A DNA stretch of 50,400 nucleotides from a virus. Its lineage: Duplodnaviria > Caudoviricetes. The DNA lies in the IMG/VR virus record IMGVR_UViG_3300007734_000718, positions 1 to 50,400 of that record; one strand, given 5' to 3'. Each line of letters starts with the position of its first letter. The stretch's first letter is position 1. The notes beneath the pieces were generated by a model that did no database searches, was not told where the DNA came from, and saw nothing but the letters and a program-made list of their open reading frames with translations. Shown here piece after piece: positions 47,322 to 50,400 of the stretch. Both the position numbers and the translations under genes were made by a program.

Positions 47322-48431
47322 ATGACCGCACCTGTTGGAAGTAGCTCCGCACCGTCAACTGACATCAACGATGTGATGGCAAGCATTGCCGGTGATAGCA
47401 TTCAGCAAACGATGGATGAGCAGTCTGCCACGCCTGACACGCCCCGCGACGAGCGAGGGAAGTTTGCGCCACGGGAGTCTGCAAAGTCTGCGAATGAGAA
47501 TGTAGCACCAGCGTATGCAAAGGATGATGCAGAGTCTGCGAATGAACCCGCCAGTCTGCCAGAGGGAATGGTAGCGGTGCCGTCCATTTCGCGGGAACTA
47601 GCAACAGCCTTTACGGTTGCTGACGCAGAAGGAGCCATTGAGCCACCCGATTTGACCATTGAGTTTACCGCGAACGGGAAAACCCGCCGCGAGCCATTGG
47701 ATAAAGTCGTCAAACTCGCCCAATGGGGGGTGTACAACCACGATAAACAGCAACAGGCAGAAGCCGCGATGGGTGAAGCACAACAGCTTCGTACCCAGAT
47801 GGCGCAATACGACCAAGCGTTACGTCAGTTGCAGGCAGAACGTCAGCAATTGCTGTCTAACGACGAAGTGTATTTGAATGCCCGTGCCCAGTATGAACAA
47901 CAAAATACGCCCGAAGCGCGCTTGCAAATGGAACGTCAGCAAGTGCAAATGGAACGGGCGCAGATGGATTTCCAACAGGCGCAGAGTGTTGGCACCAGTT
48001 TCCTTGATACGAAGGTCGAACCCGCACTGGAATTGATTGCCAGCGCACTCCCCTCGGTTAGCAAGGAAGAACTCGCCGCTCGCGTATTGTTGGTTGCTAA
48101 TCAATTTACGGTACAAACGCCTTTTGGCGCTATTATTCACCCGCAAGCGCATCAGAAAATTGCTGAAGCGATTCGTGATGAAGTAGTGCCGTGGGCGCAA
48201 CAAGTTCACGACTCCCGCAATGCCCAGCGCGACCAAGTGACCGCTGGACACGCGAAAAAGACGGAATCTCTGCAAGTAGAAGCGCAACGTGCCAAGAATA
48301 TGGCGGCGCGTTCGATGAAACCTACCGGAAACGTCGGCAGTCAAAATAAAGCAAAACGCCCTATTCGCAATGTGGACGATGCAATGAATGACGTGTTGCA
48401 ATCGGCCCTTGAGTCTGTGGGACTTCGGTAA
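47322..48431 (+). CDS. Scaffolding protein B
   Basis: GGAGTTT RBS and MTAP start as in scaffold A. 'RDERGKFA'; KLAQWGVY vs RMARDGIW; QNTPEARL vs SQSPERRL; RNVDDAM vs TNVRNAI. Confidence 0.78.
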   Translation: MTAPVGSSSAPSTDINDVMASIAGDSIQQTMDEQSATPDTPRDERGKFAPRESAKSANENVAPAYAKDDAESANEPASLPEGMVAVPSISRELATAFTVADAEGAIEPPDLTIEFTANGKTRREPLDKVVKLAQWGVYNHDKQQQAEAAMGEAQQLRTQMAQYDQALRQLQAERQQLLSNDEVYLNARAQYEQQNTPEARLQMERQQVQMERAQMDFQQAQSVGTSFLDTKVEPALELIASALPSVSKEELAARVLLVANQFTVQTPFGAIIHPQAHQKIAEAIRDEVVPWAQQVHDSRNAQRDQVTAGHAKKTESLQVEAQRAKNMAARSMKPTGNVGSQNKAKRPIRNVDDAMNDVLQSALESVGLR

Positions 48432-48455
48432 CTTTTTACTCAACGGTAATTTACA

Positions 48456-49784
48456 ATGCCAGCACCTACTGTAATTTCTGATTCCGACCTTAGTGGTCTG
48501 TTGAAGAACCTGTATAACAACTATCGTGAGAAGGCGCAGAACCTTGTCACTCCGTTTTTTGCCCAGCTTCAGAAGGCAAAGGCCGGTGGCCCGCGCAATC
48601 TGCGATGGGGCGGGAACGGCGCGTATTGGGATGTGGTCACGGGCCGTCCGGCTGGTGGCACCATCTCGTCGAGCGGGTATTTCCCGCCCGATACGTTCGC
48701 GCAGGAAAAGCAAGCCAACACGGGCGTTGCTCGTGCGTATGTGACCCGTCAGATTGACGGCCTTGCGTTCCTTGGCACCCAGTCCAAGGATGCCGCGTTT
48801 GCGACCATCGCAGAAAAGACCCTTCAGGAAATCCGTGAAGCGTCTGCTCTGTTGATGGAAGGCGCGCTCAACGGCTCCGGTCAGGGTGTGCTTGCCACGG
48901 TGGGCACCGTGACGGATACCGTGACCATCATCATTGCCAACCCCTACGGCGTCACTGGCGCTGGTCAGGGTTCGCTTCTGTTGGCTCCGGGCGACTACAT
49001 TGCCGTCCGTAACTCAACGGGCGCAACCCTGCGCGGCAAGGCGAGCATTTCGTCCATTGCCGTGTCGGGCACCAACTCGACCCTAACGTTGTCGGCGTCG
49101 GTGGGCGGTATGGTTGCCGCTGACATTGTGGTCAAGGCGACCACGTCGGATGATGCGTTCTCGGCTACGTCGGGCGTGAACCAAATCAACGGCCTTATCA
49201 ACATCACCAACCGTGGTGGAAGCTACGGTACCTTGCACGGTCTTGCCGCCAGCACCTATCCGATTTGGGATGCGGTGCGTCTTGTGGCAGGCACGGATAC
49301 GCCTGATGCGAGCCAGCCGACTGAATCGGACATCTGGACGCTGATGCAACGTGTGAAGGGCTTGTCGGGTAAAGACCCGTTCAGCCGTCCGCAGGAGTTC
49401 CTGCTGATGTCCACGCCGGGTATGGCAAAGGCGCTGATGGAGTCGATGATTGCCCAGCGTCGTTTTGAAGCGCGTGATGCGGCGGTTGAGCTGAAGGGTG
49501 GCTACAAGGCCGTCAGCATCTGCGGCATTCCGATGTTTGAGAACTACTACTGCCCGGCGGGCACCATCTATCTCGTCCATCTTCCGTCGATGGCGTGGGT
49601 GGATGCAAAGGATTGGGGCTTTGTTGAGTTTGAAGGAGCAGGCCCGTGGCGTTGGATTCAAGGCCGCGATGCGTTTGAGACGACCTACGGGTACTACGGT
49701 AACCTTGCGTCGCTGACTCGTAACGCTCACGGTTCTATCACGTCGTACACGAACGACACCACGTTCTACACCCACGTTATCTAA
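48456..49784 (+). CDS. Major capsid protein B
   Basis: 442 aa. Paralog of capsid A: WGGN, R.YVTRQ.D.LA..GTQSK.AAF, NGL.NITNRG..Y.TLH, YCP.GT.YL.HLPS..WVDA.DW. Confidence 0.88.
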   Translation: MPAPTVISDSDLSGLLKNLYNNYREKAQNLVTPFFAQLQKAKAGGPRNLRWGGNGAYWDVVTGRPAGGTISSSGYFPPDTFAQEKQANTGVARAYVTRQIDGLAFLGTQSKDAAFATIAEKTLQEIREASALLMEGALNGSGQGVLATVGTVTDTVTIIIANPYGVTGAGQGSLLLAPGDYIAVRNSTGATLRGKASISSIAVSGTNSTLTLSASVGGMVAADIVVKATTSDDAFSATSGVNQINGLINITNRGGSYGTLHGLAASTYPIWDAVRLVAGTDTPDASQPTESDIWTLMQRVKGLSGKDPFSRPQEFLLMSTPGMAKALMESMIAQRRFEARDAAVELKGGYKAVSICGIPMFENYYCPAGTIYLVHLPSMAWVDAKDWGFVEFEGAGPWRWIQGRDAFETTYGYYGNLASLTRNAHGSITSYTNDTTFYTHVI

Positions 49785-49795
49785 CCGATAACGGC

Positions 49796-49830
49796 GCGGC
49801 AGGGTGGGGGCAACTCCCCATCCTGCTTCG
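49796..49830 (+). terminator. Stem-loop after capsid B
   Basis: GCAGGGTGGGGG-CAA-CTCCCCATCCTGC hairpin, in the same position as after capsid A. Confidence 0.5.
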
Positions 49831-49854
49831 CAGGGTTCACCTAGGAGAACTGGA

Positions 49855-50310
49855 ATGAGTGCTTTTACGTCGATGTTCCGTCCAAAGCCGGGGAATTTTG
49901 GTCAAAATCTGACCGTCGAATCCGCGGCTCTTGGCACGGGTGGGACTAGCGTAGCAAATACCGCAACTACGTCGGTGTGTATTGCGACGCCAATGCGGAA
50001 ATGCCAATTGATTGGTTTAGCTATCAATGGCTTGGTCGCCGGTGCGTCAACGAGCGCCCTGACGATTCAGGGGTTCAAACGCGATAACAGCATTGCATCC
50101 CCGGCGGACGTGACGCTGACCGCAACCAAGAGCATCAAGTCGGATGTAATTTCGACCCTGCAAAAGTCGTACACCGTAGCGATTACGGGCACGGACGCGC
50201 AGACGATTTTTCAAGCGGGTGACATTCTGCGCGTTGACGTGGTGGCGGCGGGTACGGTTTCGACGCAACCCACGGTCAATGTTGTTGCCACGTTTGCGAT
50301 GATGAACTAA
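49855..50310 (+). CDS. Putative capsid decoration/cement protein B
   Basis: AGGAG RBS; paralog of 8699-9163. Confidence 0.68.
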   Translation: MSAFTSMFRPKPGNFGQNLTVESAALGTGGTSVANTATTSVCIATPMRKCQLIGLAINGLVAGASTSALTIQGFKRDNSIASPADVTLTATKSIKSDVISTLQKSYTVAITGTDAQTIFQAGDILRVDVVAAGTVSTQPTVNVVATFAMMN

Positions 50311-50312
50311 GT

Positions 50313-50400
50313 ATGGGCATCGTGCTCAATCAGCACGGCACCCCGGAGCCGCCCAGCGACCTGCTGGCGCGGCTTCGGCGTGTCCACCCCGCGCTGTCCC
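50313..50400 (+). CDS. Head-associated protein B (3'-truncated), paralog of 9165-9665
   Basis: MGIVLNQHGTPEPPSDLLARLRRV vs LLVSLRGDPVPPQSVVARLRAL; same position after the decoration gene. Confidence 0.6.
   Translation, partial: MGIVLNQHGTPEPPSDLLARLRRVHPALS

Noticed and set aside
2978-50400. Duplicated head genes as an assembly repeat or terminal redundancy
   Set aside because: The copies are substantially diverged in protein and DNA, differ in length and have different inserted genes. A chimera of two related phages cannot be excluded without reads.
1-50400. Stop-codon reassignment
   Set aside because: Genes are full length and tightly packed under the standard code. TAA, TAG and TGA all end genes, and the tRNA anticodon is TTG, not a suppressor.

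Overview
The whole window is tailed dsDNA phage sequence (podovirus-like, GC-rich). I see no host housekeeping genes, integrase or CRISPR array. Order on +: C-terminal part of a terminase large subunit, small genes, head module A (portal 2978-5443, scaffold, antisense HNH endonuclease, major capsid protein, decoration protein), adaptor, nozzle, tail fibre, ejection and polyvalent proteins, lysis genes, tRNA-Gln(TTG) on -, and a replication/recombination operon (Cas4-like nuclease, HTH initiator-like protein, primase-helicase, RusA-like protein). Next come a minus-strand cluster (MoxR/CobS-type AAA+ ATPase, VWA/metallopeptidase, small ORFs) and a ~1.2 kb highly structured non-coding region. Then terS, a second and different terL, and head module B (portal 45054-47282, scaffold, capsid, decoration and the next gene, cut by the window end). 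Main observation: one contig carries two intact, diverged, co-linear capsid-assembly/packaging modules, with at least seven paralogous gene pairs plus two dissimilar TerL, but only one visible replication, ejection and lysis set. Other observations: capsid A appears to start at CTG; a GCAGACT motif (palindromic form GCAGASTCTGC) is strongly enriched and clustered; and there are cos/origin-like repeats and a candidate structured RNA upstream of terS. All protein assignments come from motifs, synteny and by-eye alignment, not database searches.
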